A stretch of DNA of 64,000 nucleotides from Candidatus Calditenuis fumarioli (GCA_030059665.1 JANVYR010000001.1:352001-416000), one strand, 5' to 3'. Shown: positions 17,923 through 26,560, counted from the first letter of the stretch. Translations and numbers: made by a program. The notes: generated by a model from the letters alone, not told the origin.

Positions 17923-19184
17923 CGCCTCAGCTCCTCCACCTCAGGCGATATCAGCGGGACCTCACCCACCCCTCCCAGAAGCTTCTCCACCTCCTTCAGC
18001 CCCGAACCGGTCACGAGCACCACCACCCTGTCCGACCTGTCCAGGAAGCCCTCGTCGAGAAGCCTCCTGAGGGCCGCAAGCCCCACAGCACCGGACGGCT
18101 CCGCGAACACACCTGCCTTAGAGGCCAGAACCCTGACCGCATCCATGATCTCTTCGTCGGGCACGGCAACTCCCTTCCCTCTGGTCTTCTTGACACCCTC
18201 GATCGCGGCGTCTCCGTCCCAGGGGAAGGGGTCGAGTAGGCCTGATGCGACGGACCTCGGGTTCGGCTCGGGCTGGATCCGCTCAAAGGGGATGCCCGCG
18301 TTGATCGCCCTCACCAGCTGCTGGTTCCCCTCCGGCTGGACCGGTATCAGCATTGGAAGCTCCTCCTCCCTCAGGATTCCCAGCGCCATCAGGTCCCTGA
18401 GGCCCTTCCAGAGACCGGTAAGGAAGCATCCGGACCCCGTCGGGACGAGGACCGCGTCGGGCGACTTCCATCCCAGCTGCTCCACCAGCTCGTAGACGAC
18501 GGTCTTGGGGCCCTCGACTTGGTACGGGTTGAAGGGGCCGAAGCTCGGGCACGGGTACCAGCCGAAGGCCCGGACCGCCTTGACCATGAGGTCCACCGTC
18601 GGGTCCTTTCCCGGCTCAACGGCCCTCACCCGGAAGAGCTTTGCGCCGAAGGTGATCAGCTGGGCCGCCTTCCCTAACGAGACGTCCTCGGGGACGAAGG
18701 CGTAGCAGGAGATTCCGGAGGAGGCGCAGTAGGCCGCGAGGGATGAGGCAGCGTTGCCGCTGGACGCGGTGACCGCCACCCTCTTCCCCAGCTCGACCGC
18801 CTTCGCGACCCCAACGGCCATCGCCCTGTCCTTGAAGGAACCGGTCGGATTTCGTGTCTCGTCCTTGAGGTACACGCTCCTTGTCCCGAGGAAGTCGTTC
18901 AGCCTCCTGGAGAATATCAGCGGGGTCCACCCCTCCCTCAGCGGGGCTGCGTGCTCCTTCGATGCTGGCATGAGCTCCCAGTATCGCCAGACGCCCATCT
19001 CCACCGGACGCGACGCTATCGTCTCCCTCCCGAGGACCTCCTTGACGGCCTCGTAATCGTAGACCACGTCGAGCCTGCCGAGGTCCATGTTGTCGCACAT
19101 CACCGGCCCCTGCTCGGGCCTGTACCTCCTGCCGCACCTCGAGCAGATCAGCTCCACCACGAACCGACTTCGCCCGCCCCCCAA
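17910..19184 (-). CDS. Threonine-synthase-fold (type II PLP) enzyme, probably not a true ThrC
   Basis: N-terminal Zn-ribbon-like CSRC, NPTGSFKDR (PLP Lys), SSGNA, VPTGSG and EPSGA. Residues that normally bind the substrate phosphate appear substituted. Confidence 0.75.
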   Translation of the reverse strand: MGGGRSRFVVELICSRCGRRYRPEQGPVMCDNMDLGRLDVVYDYEAVKEVLGRETIASRPVEMGVWRYWELMPASKEHAAPLREGWTPLIFSRRLNDFLGTRSVYLKDETRNPTGSFKDRAMAVGVAKAVELGKRVAVTASSGNAASSLAAYCASSGISCYAFVPEDVSLGKAAQLITFGAKLFRVRAVEPGKDPTVDLMVKAVRAFGWYPCPSFGPFNPYQVEGPKTVVYELVEQLGWKSPDAVLVPTGSGCFLTGLWKGLRDLMALGILREEELPMLIPVQPEGNQQLVRAINAGIPFERIQPEPNPRSVASGLLDPFPWDGDAAIEGVKKTRGKGVAVPDEEIMDAVRVLASKAGVFAEPSGAVGLAALRRLLDEGFLDRSDRVVVLVTGSGLKEVEKLLGGVGEVPLISPEVEELRRHLS

Positions 19185-19191
19185 ACGCAGC

Positions 19192-20559
19192 TCACCTTCT
19201 CAGCGGAAGGGGCTCAACGGCCTCCGGGGGTGAGGTGCCGAGCCTCTCCCAGAGCCTCTCGATGGTCCGGAGGACCCTCCTCTCCGCCTCCTCTCTGTCC
19301 ACGGTGAGGAGCCTGCCATCACGGACGATCTGCCTGCCTCCGACCACGACGTGCCTGACGTCACCGCCGCTCAGCGCGTTGACCACGTACGCGTATGGGT
19401 CCCCTGTCGTGGGCGTGGCAAGGACCCTGGGCCTCAGGACCACCACGTCTGCGAGGTTCCCAGGCGAGATCGAGCCGTAGTTCCTCATCCCGTAGGCCTC
19501 CGCGGCCCTCTTCGTGACCATCTCCAGCACCTGTCGGGGACTGAGAGCCCTTGGGTCCCTCTTCGCAACTCGGTGGAGGAGGAATGCAGCCCTGGCGTTC
19601 TCGAGCATGTCGAAGACGTACCCGTCGTTACCGAGGCAGACGTTCACACCCGCGGTTAGCATCTCGGGAACCGGTGCGACGCCGACCGCGTTCAGCATGT
19701 TGCTCATGGGGTTGTGGGCCACGCTGGTCCTGTGCCTCGCGAGGGTCGCCACCTCGCTCAGCGTGAGGTGGACGCAGTGTGCTAGGACGGCCCTGCTGCT
19801 CAGCGCCTCGAGGTCCTCCAACCGCTCCACCGTCCTCTTCCCGTACCGCTCGATGTTGTGATAGACGTCGTTCGGTCCCTCAGCGACGTGGATCGTTATG
19901 GGGCAGTTGTACCGCTTTGAGAGCTCTACGCCCTTCCTGATCAGCTCGTCGGAGACGGTGAAGGACGCGTGGATGCTGACCATCCCGTACGCGTTCCCCT
20001 TGGGGCCTTTGAGGTACCGTTCGTTCTCCCGGAGGCCCCTCTCGCCCTCCTCGGCGCTCCTCCGCTCGGTCGCCTCGAAGGCAATGAAGCCGCGGATCCC
20101 CACCTCGTTGACGGCGTTGGCTATCGCGTCGAGGGAGCCCTCGATCCCGTTCGGCGCGGAGTACGTGTCGGCGAAGCAGGTGGTACCGGTGAGGGCCATC
20201 TCCATGCAGGCCGCAAGGGCTGTCGCGTAGGCGTCGTCGTTCGTCAACCTCTCGTCCAGAGGCCACCAGACCCTCTGGAGGATCTGCAGGAAGTCCGACG
20301 GAGGCTTCACCTCGAGGCTAGCCCCCCTCAGCGCTATGCCGTAGAGGTGCGTGTGACCGCAGAAGAGCCCCGGCAGGACGAAACCTCCCCTCGCGTCTAT
20401 CACCTGGTCTGGCTTCCCCTCCCGCTCCACCTCATCGGCCCTCCCGACCTTCGCGATCCGGTCGCCCTCGATCAGCACCGCGCCGTCGTGCACCACGCCG
20501 AGCCTCTCGTCCATCGTGATGACAACCCCGCCTCGAACGAGGAGCCTCTCCTCCGCCAT
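19192..20559 (-). CDS. ssnA: SsnA-like amidohydrolase
   Basis: CGHTHLY, DFLQILQRVWWPLDERL, SAPNGIEGSL, FEATER, HASFTV, IHVAE and LGNDG closely follow my recollection of E. coli SsnA. Start reassigned to MAEER at 20559. Confidence 0.78.
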   Translation of the reverse strand: MAEERLLVRGGVVITMDERLGVVHDGAVLIEGDRIAKVGRADEVEREGKPDQVIDARGGFVLPGLFCGHTHLYGIALRGASLEVKPPSDFLQILQRVWWPLDERLTNDDAYATALAACMEMALTGTTCFADTYSAPNGIEGSLDAIANAVNEVGIRGFIAFEATERRSAEEGERGLRENERYLKGPKGNAYGMVSIHASFTVSDELIRKGVELSKRYNCPITIHVAEGPNDVYHNIERYGKRTVERLEDLEALSSRAVLAHCVHLTLSEVATLARHRTSVAHNPMSNMLNAVGVAPVPEMLTAGVNVCLGNDGYVFDMLENARAAFLLHRVAKRDPRALSPRQVLEMVTKRAAEAYGMRNYGSISPGNLADVVVLRPRVLATPTTGDPYAYVVNALSGGDVRHVVVGGRQIVRDGRLLTVDREEAERRVLRTIERLWERLGTSPPEAVEPLPLRR

Positions 20560-20573
20560 CGTCACCCACCACC

Positions 20574-21581
20574 TCAGATAGAGCTGAGAGCCTTGATCGC
20601 GTAATCGAGGTTCCCGCTCAGCAGCAAAATCAGTGGGGCCGTGCAGCCGTGCCTCATGTACTCCTCGATCTTCTTTTTGACCTCCTGGGGCGTCCCGGAT
20701 GCGGTGATCATCCTCACCACCTCGTCCGGAACTATCTCCATCGCACGCTCGATCCCGCCGGGCTTCGCGGGCCATCCTCCCATCGCTTTCTGGACCTCCT
20801 CGATCAGGTCCTCGCTTACGCCGCTCGCCTTCATGATGTGAGGCTGCTGGCCGAGCGTCATCGTCACGTGCTTCTTCGCGACCTTGACCGCCCTCTCCCC
20901 GTCCTCGTCGATCGAGCAGGCGATCAGCTGCGGCCTGTCGATGTCCTCCAGCCTCCTGCCAGACCTCTCGGCTCCCCTCTTGATGTGCTCGAGGGCCTTG
21001 TCGTTGTACGCAGGCGACACTAGGTAGTTCAGCAGGACCCCGTCCGCGATTTCACCGGCCAGCTCCATCATCTTGAAGCCCGTGGCTCCGATGTAGATGG
21101 GGACGTTCCTCGGAACCTGTCCCTTCCCGTGCAGGACGTCGAGCCTGATGCCCCTAACCTTCACGAACTTACCCTCGTACGTGACCTCCTCCATCCTCAG
21201 CAGCCGCCGGATCACCTCGACGTACTCCCTCATGCACTGCAGCGGCTCCTTCCTCTCTATCCCGACCTTCCAGGCGAGCGGGTCCCACCAGGCCCCGAGC
21301 CCCAGCATGACCCTGTTGTCGGCGAGCTCGTCAAGCGTCGCGAAGGTCTGCGCTATCAGGGCGGCGTTCCTGGTCCAGGTGTTGATCACGCCCGCACCAA
21401 CCTTGATCCTCTCCGTCACCGTCGCTATCGCGGTCATCGGGACTATCGCGTCCCTCGAGAGCCTCGACTCGGCCACCCATGCGGACTCGAAGCCGTGCTT
21501 CTCGGCCATCTGCGCGTACCTCACCATGTCCCTCACGTGCATGTCCTGGAGGTAAAGTCCGAGCCTGGGTATGGACGCCAC
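20574..21581 (-). CDS. LLM-class (Mer-like) F420/flavin-dependent oxidoreductase
   Basis: [28 protein letters not shown]...R..LGLG and [21 protein letters not shown]. Confidence 0.88.
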   Translation of the reverse strand: MASIPRLGLYLQDMHVRDMVRYAQMAEKHGFESAWVAESRLSRDAIVPMTAIATVTERIKVGAGVINTWTRNAALIAQTFATLDELADNRVMLGLGAWWDPLAWKVGIERKEPLQCMREYVEVIRRLLRMEEVTYEGKFVKVRGIRLDVLHGKGQVPRNVPIYIGATGFKMMELAGEIADGVLLNYLVSPAYNDKALEHIKRGAERSGRRLEDIDRPQLIACSIDEDGERAVKVAKKHVTMTLGQQPHIMKASGVSEDLIEEVQKAMGGWPAKPGGIERAMEIVPDEVVRMITASGTPQEVKKKIEEYMRHGCTAPLILLLSGNLDYAIKALSSI

Positions 21582-21684
21582 AACAGTAGATTGCGTTGTT
21601 CCGTGATAAGTTTGCGTTCACCTGGTCACCGCCGCCACCAGCCCCGGAAAACTTTTACCTTATCTGGTACGTCCCCTGGGTGAC

Positions 21685-21915
21685 ATGCCGGTCCAGGCAT
21701 ACGTGCTGATAAGGGCGCGCACAGGTAAAGCGAGGAACGTGGCCGAGGCCATCGCGAAGGTGACGGGGTGCAGATCGGTCTGCACGGTGACGGGCAGGTA
21801 CGACGTCATAGCCCTCCTCGAGGCGGAGGACCTCAGGAGCCTGGGAGACCTGATAATTCAGAAGACCCACACGATCGACGGCGTCGAGAGGACCGAGACG
21901 GCGTTGGTCGTCTGA
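21685..21915 (+). CDS. Stand-alone Lrp/AsnC ligand-binding (RAM) domain protein
   Basis: 76 aa with AYVLI, VTGRYDVIA and I..IDGVERTET; no HTH. Confidence 0.85.
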   Translation: MPVQAYVLIRARTGKARNVAEAIAKVTGCRSVCTVTGRYDVIALLEAEDLRSLGDLIIQKTHTIDGVERTETALVV

Positions 21916-21970
21916 TCAGCCAACCATCGAACCGATGCCAATTTTATTAATGTGACCTGAAATTGATTCT

Positions 21971-23518
21971 ATGGGCATGAGCCACCCCCGAACCCCTCTC
22001 GTCTCGATGAGGGGGATAACGAAGAGATTCCCGGGAGGGGTTGTTGCGAACGACCGCGTCGACTTCGACCTTTACCCGGGAGAGGTGCACGCGCTGCTCG
22101 GTGAGAACGGTGCGGGAAAGACGACGCTGATGAACGTCCTCTACGGCCTCTACGCCAAGGACGAGGGCGAGATCTACGTCGACGGCAAAAGGGTCGAGAT
22201 CAGGTCTCCGAGGGACGCCATCAGGCTCGGGATCGGCATGGTCCACCAGCAGTTCAAGCTGATACCGCGTCACACGGTCCTAGAGAACGTTGTGCTGGGC
22301 CTGAAGGAGGCCGGGTTCGTGCTGAACTACCGGAGGCTCAGGGAGGTGTTGACGAAAATCGTGAGGGAGTACGGCTGGAACCTCGACCCTGACGCGTACG
22401 TCTGGCAGCTCACGGCGTCGCAGAAGCAACAGGTGGAGATCCTGAAGCTTCTCGTGAGGAGGGCGAGGGTGCTGATTCTGGACGAGCCGACGTCCATCCT
22501 CACCCCCCAGGAGACGACCGCGCTCTTCGAGAGCATCCGTTCCATGGCGTCCAAGGGGATCGGCGTGGTGCTGGTGACCCACAAGCTCGAGGAGGTGATG
22601 CGCGTCTGCGACAGGGTGACCGTGATGAGGAGAGGTAAGGTGGTGGCCGTGAGGAAAAGGGATGAGCTGAACGCGGAGGAGCTGGTGACGCTCATGGTCG
22701 GTCGAAGGATCGAGCGCGTCTACCAGGTCTCCTCGAGACCGTCGGAGAGGAAGGTGCTCGAGGTGCGGGACCTCGTGGTGCTCGACGACAGGGGATCATT
22801 GGCGGTGAAGGGCGTGAGCTTCCACGTCTGTGCCGGAGAGGTCTTCGGGATAGCGGGGGTTGCGGGGAACGGGCAGGACGAGCTCCTCGAGGCGATCTAC
22901 GGCCTCAGGAAGGCGGTCTCAGGCAAGGTCCACCTGAACGGCAGGGACGTCACGAACCTGCCCACGTGGGAGCTGGTTAAGGAGGGCGTTGCGATGATCG
23001 TGCCGGAGGCCGTAAAGGGCGTGGGCCTCGGCCTCACCGTCGCCGAGAACCTCATGCTGAAGTGTTACAGGTACGCACCGTACTCGAGATACGGCCTGCT
23101 GAGGAGGAGGGAGCTCGAGGAGGCCGCGAGGAGGCTTGTCGAGGAGCTGAAGATCGTGACGAGGTCAGTCAACGCTAAGGCCTCCACCCTCTCAGGCGGC
23201 AACCTGCAGCGCCTGATGGTCGCGAGGGAGCTCTTCGCCAACCCCGGACGTCGGACCCCCGTCCTCCTGCTTGCCTCCCACCCGACGAAGGGGCTGGACG
23301 TGGCAGCCACAGATTACGTAAGGAGGTTGATCCTGAGCGTCCGCGACAGCGGAGCGGCCGTCGTTTTGCTCTCGGACGACTTGGAGGAGCTGATATCGTT
23401 GAGCGACAGGATAGGCGTGATGTACAAGGGCGAGATGCTGGCCGTCCTGGAGAAGGAGAGGGCGGAGGTCGAGAAAATAGGGATGCTGATGATGGGCATG
23501 AGGTCCGTGTCGCCTTAG
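21971..23518 (+). CDS. ABC transporter ATP-binding protein with two NBDs (nucleoside/sugar CUT2 type)
   Basis: ITKRFPG.VAND.V, GENGAGKTT, GMVHQ.F, LDEPT, GVAGNGQ, LSGGNLQR and PTKGLDV. Confidence 0.9.
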   Translation: MGMSHPRTPLVSMRGITKRFPGGVVANDRVDFDLYPGEVHALLGENGAGKTTLMNVLYGLYAKDEGEIYVDGKRVEIRSPRDAIRLGIGMVHQQFKLIPRHTVLENVVLGLKEAGFVLNYRRLREVLTKIVREYGWNLDPDAYVWQLTASQKQQVEILKLLVRRARVLILDEPTSILTPQETTALFESIRSMASKGIGVVLVTHKLEEVMRVCDRVTVMRRGKVVAVRKRDELNAEELVTLMVGRRIERVYQVSSRPSERKVLEVRDLVVLDDRGSLAVKGVSFHVCAGEVFGIAGVAGNGQDELLEAIYGLRKAVSGKVHLNGRDVTNLPTWELVKEGVAMIVPEAVKGVGLGLTVAENLMLKCYRYAPYSRYGLLRRRELEEAARRLVEELKIVTRSVNAKASTLSGGNLQRLMVARELFANPGRRTPVLLLASHPTKGLDVAATDYVRRLILSVRDSGAAVVLLSDDLEELISLSDRIGVMYKGEMLAVLEKERAEVEKIGMLMMGMRSVSP

Positions 23519-24570
23519 CCGCCCATCGTCATGACCATGACGGCCTTCTGGACGTGGAGCCTGTTCTCCGCCTGCTCGAAGTAGAGCGAGTACTCCTTGT
23601 TGTCGATCACGTCGTCCGTCACCTCCTGGCCCCTGTCCGCAGGTCCGCAGTGCATGTACTTGCCCTTGTTGGTCAGATCCATCAGCTCCTGCGTGCAGAT
23701 CCAGTGCTTGAACTTGTTCTGGTACTCGACGGCGCCCTCCTTGTCGACCTTGCCGTTGTAGGGCGGGAAGAACCCCTTCGGTGACCACGCCTTCGGGTAG
23801 ACGAAGTCGGCTCCCTCGAACGCCTCCCTCATGTCGTGGACTATCTCGAAGCTGCCTCCGTACCGGTCTGCGTTCTCCTTTGCGGCCTTTATCACGTGGT
23901 CCTCGAGCTCGAAGCCCGGCGGGTGTGCCAGGACGACGTCCATTCCGAACATCGTTCCTATCAGCACGCACGATTGAGGCACCGCCAGAGGCTTCAGGCC
24001 TCCGGAGTAGGCATAAGAGACGACGAACTTCTTGCCGCGCGGGTTCGGGGCGACGTCGGTTATCGCCATGATGTCAGCGAGGGCTTGGAAGGGATGGTAG
24101 ACGTCGTCCTCCATGTTGAGGACGGGGATGCTGCTCCACTTGGCGAACTCCCTGACGACCCTGTGACCGCGCCCGATGTGCCACTTGGCCGCGTCGCCGT
24201 AGATCCTGATCGCGATCGCATCGCCGTACCTGCTCAGGACCCTCGCGACGTCGGCTATCGACTCGGTCTGATATGGAACCATGTCCTCGGGGAGCGTCGG
24301 CGTGTAGACGTCCTGGGGGCTGAGGAAGTGCGCGTGTCCTCCCAGCTGGAAGATTCCGGCCTCGAACGAGTTGCGGGTCCGGAGGCTTCGGTTGTAGAAG
24401 AGCATGAAGAGCGTTTTTCCCTGAAGGTACGGCGTTGGAATCCTCGACCTGAACTTCGTCCTGAGGTCCCTGGCAGCCTCCAGGACCTGCTCGATCTCCT
24501 CCCGCGTGAAGTCGTTCGTGTTCAGGAAGTGCCTGCCCCTCAGGAGGCCTGCGTACCTGGGCAGCTCCAT
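23515..24570 (-). CDS. ygeW: YgeW-like carbamoyltransferase (ATCase/OTCase superfamily)
   Basis: NRSLRTR, HPFQ, YAYSGGLKPLAVPQS, FGMDVVLAHP, YPKAWSP and HCGPAD match YgeW (AYSPSYGKPLSVPQ, YPKSW, HCLPAD) rather than ArgF or PyrB. Start set at MELPRY. Confidence 0.75.
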   Translation of the reverse strand: MELPRYAGLLRGRHFLNTNDFTREEIEQVLEAARDLRTKFRSRIPTPYLQGKTLFMLFYNRSLRTRNSFEAGIFQLGGHAHFLSPQDVYTPTLPEDMVPYQTESIADVARVLSRYGDAIAIRIYGDAAKWHIGRGHRVVREFAKWSSIPVLNMEDDVYHPFQALADIMAITDVAPNPRGKKFVVSYAYSGGLKPLAVPQSCVLIGTMFGMDVVLAHPPGFELEDHVIKAAKENADRYGGSFEIVHDMREAFEGADFVYPKAWSPKGFFPPYNGKVDKEGAVEYQNKFKHWICTQELMDLTNKGKYMHCGPADRGQEVTDDVIDNKEYSLYFEQAENRLHVQKAVMVMTMGG

Positions 24571-24662
24571 TTCGTGCTCATCCGTTTTCACCGACCTAAA
24601 AACGCATTCCGGCAGGGAGGTGATGGAAAAGTTATGCATAAGCCATGCTTTAGCCCACCGGG

Positions 24663-25082
24663 ATGTTCAGGAGGCGGAGGTCGATCTTCGACCTGATGAG
24701 GGAGCTGGAGGAGGAGATGGAGAGGGAGATCGAGTACTTCCTCATGGAGCTGAAGCACGACGAGCTGGCAGGCCAGTGCCTCCAGCCCCTTTACGACCTG
24801 AGGGAGACCGATGAGGAGATCGTGGTGACCATCGACCTTCCGGGAGCGAGGAAGGAGGACATAGACCTGAGGCTCTCGGAGGACCACCTCTCGCTCTACG
24901 CTCCGATAAGCTACGGCGTGAGGGTCAGCAGGAGCTACACGAGGGGAGCGACGTGCTACAGGCTTCACCTGGAGCTGCCGGAACCGGTCAGCGTCGACTC
25001 GACCGTCAGCACGTACAGGAACGGCGTCCTCGAGGTGAAGATGCGTAAGAAGCGGACCGGATACAGGATCCCTATCGAGTGA
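24663..25082 (+). CDS. Small heat shock protein (Hsp20/alpha-crystallin)
   Basis: PLYDL.E..EEIVVTIDLPG..KEDI and A/S.YRNGVLEV motifs. Confidence 0.9.
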   Translation: MFRRRRSIFDLMRELEEEMEREIEYFLMELKHDELAGQCLQPLYDLRETDEEIVVTIDLPGARKEDIDLRLSEDHLSLYAPISYGVRVSRSYTRGATCYRLHLELPEPVSVDSTVSTYRNGVLEVKMRKKRTGYRIPIE

Positions 25083-25728
25083 GGCTCGGACCCCAGATCC
25101 TTTTCAGCAGTTTCAGACCAGCTCCGAGGGCACCGGCCTCCGCCTTGCCGTACGTTGAGGCGCCGGCGATGATGATGCAGTCCCCATCAACGGGCCTCGT
25201 GGTTTCGTTCACACGGTGCGAGAAGTCAGGGTAACTGGTGGAGAGGTCCTCCAGCTCCGGCATCAGGAGCCTCCCCGTCTCATAGGTCAGGACCATTGCG
25301 GCCTCGGCGCCGTGCCTCACCGCTTCGTCCCTCTCCTCTAGACCGCTCCCCACGAACCGCGCGCCGTTCCTGACCGAGACGCCCACGCTGTGCGGGTATC
25401 GCCAGACGCCTCTCAGATCCAGCCTCACGGGGCCTGCGACGTGCTCCGAGAGCGCTGACAAAAACTCCTCGCCGGTCTTGGTGAGCGTGCAACCCGACCT
25501 GATCACTTGGACCAGCCCCATGAGCGCGAGCTTCCTGACGAGAGACCTGACCGATCCCTCGCCGATCCCCAACTCCTCGCTCATCGCCGCCCTGCTCACC
25601 AGCCCAACCCGCCTGATCAGGAGAAGGGCCCTGAGGACGTCGAGCGTGCTGTAGCTCGGCCTCGCCCCTTTCCTCTGAACGGCCTGCTCATCGAGGAGGA
25701 GCGAGATCAGTATGCTGGGAGGTTGCAT
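25072..25728 (-). CDS. Winged-helix DUF4443-like putative transcriptional regulator
   Basis: wHTH VSRAAMSEELGIGEGSVRSL; C-terminal GLEERDEAVRHGA.AA motif. Confidence 0.7.
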   Translation of the reverse strand: MQPPSILISLLLDEQAVQRKGARPSYSTLDVLRALLLIRRVGLVSRAAMSEELGIGEGSVRSLVRKLALMGLVQVIRSGCTLTKTGEEFLSALSEHVAGPVRLDLRGVWRYPHSVGVSVRNGARFVGSGLEERDEAVRHGAEAAMVLTYETGRLLMPELEDLSTSYPDFSHRVNETTRPVDGDCIIIAGASTYGKAEAGALGAGLKLLKRIWGPSLTR

Positions 25729-25806
25729 GAGCCGTTATAATGTACTGCCCTTCCCACCCTTAAGCGTGCCGTTTAGGCCAATGCCTAAACCCTCATCCTC
25801 AAGGGC

Positions 25807-26340
25807 CTATACGAGGGTCACAACGGGCTCGATCGGGGTCCGGAGGCTGTAGATCGCCGGGCACCTCTCCTTCGCTTCTTCGATCAGCTGAACGATCCCG
25901 TCCCTCGGAAGGTCCGCCTCGATCCGGAGGTCGAACCTCACGCTCCTGACGATGGGTTGGTCCCCCAAACCGAGGGGCTTCCTGAAGTCGAGCTCGCAGG
26001 AGGCCCTGACCTCGGCCGTCTTGAGTTTGATGCCGCGCTCCGTGGCGACGCCCACCAGCGTCGAGAGGAAGCAGGAGGCCATGCCCACCAGGCAGTAGTG
26101 CATGGGACCGGGCCTGTTCCCTCCGCCGCCCATGAAGCCGGGCGAGTCGACCTCGAGCGTGAAGCTTCCCCTCTCCGACCTGCAGGTGGCCACGAACTGG
26201 TACTCGACGGGGCCGCAGCTCCTCTCCTCGGTCATCCAGTAACCCTCGATCTGGACGGTCCTGATCGCCTTGCTCGGGTCGGCCCTGATCTCCTCCATCG
26301 TTTTTCCCACCTTCTCGAGGTCGACGTTGTTGAGCCTCAC
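25807..26340 (-). CDS. OsmC/Ohr-family protein
   Basis: DSPGFMGG...PGPM.Y.L.GMASCF and ERCP catalytic cysteines. Start moved to the GTG at 26340. Confidence 0.85.
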   Translation of the reverse strand: MRLNNVDLEKVGKTMEEIRADPSKAIRTVQIEGYWMTEERSCGPVEYQFVATCRSERGSFTLEVDSPGFMGGGGNRPGPMHYCLVGMASCFLSTLVGVATERGIKLKTAEVRASCELDFRKPLGLGDQPIVRSVRFDLRIEADLPRDGIVQLIEEAKERCPAIYSLRTPIEPVVTLV

Positions 26341-26435
26341 GCCACCGGAGACCCCCAACCCCGATTTATCCTTTGACCGACAACCGGCTCGCCACCGGCT
26401 AAGCGAAATTACGGAGCGCGATTCCCTCAGATCGG

Positions 26436-26491
26436 GCCGATGATGAGGGATCACCCGTCCGATCGGTGAGGCCAAGGGGGTCATCTGAGGC
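26436..26491 (+). ncRNA. Box C/D 2'-O-methylation guide sRNA
   Basis: C box ATGATGA (26440-46), 12-nt guide, D' CCGA (26459-62), C' GTGAGGC (26466-72), 12-nt guide, D box CTGA (26485-88), and a terminal GCC/GGC stem. Confidence 0.8.
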
Positions 26492-26560
26492 TCCTGTCAG
26501 CACCACCGCAGGCACACCCCTGATCCGTTTTTATGGGGCGGGTTCGGTGCAGCCGGAGGA

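Noticed and set aside
23515-24570. Annotation as ornithine carbamoyltransferase (argF)
   Set aside because: It lacks STRT, SMG and HCLP and carries YgeW-specific segments.
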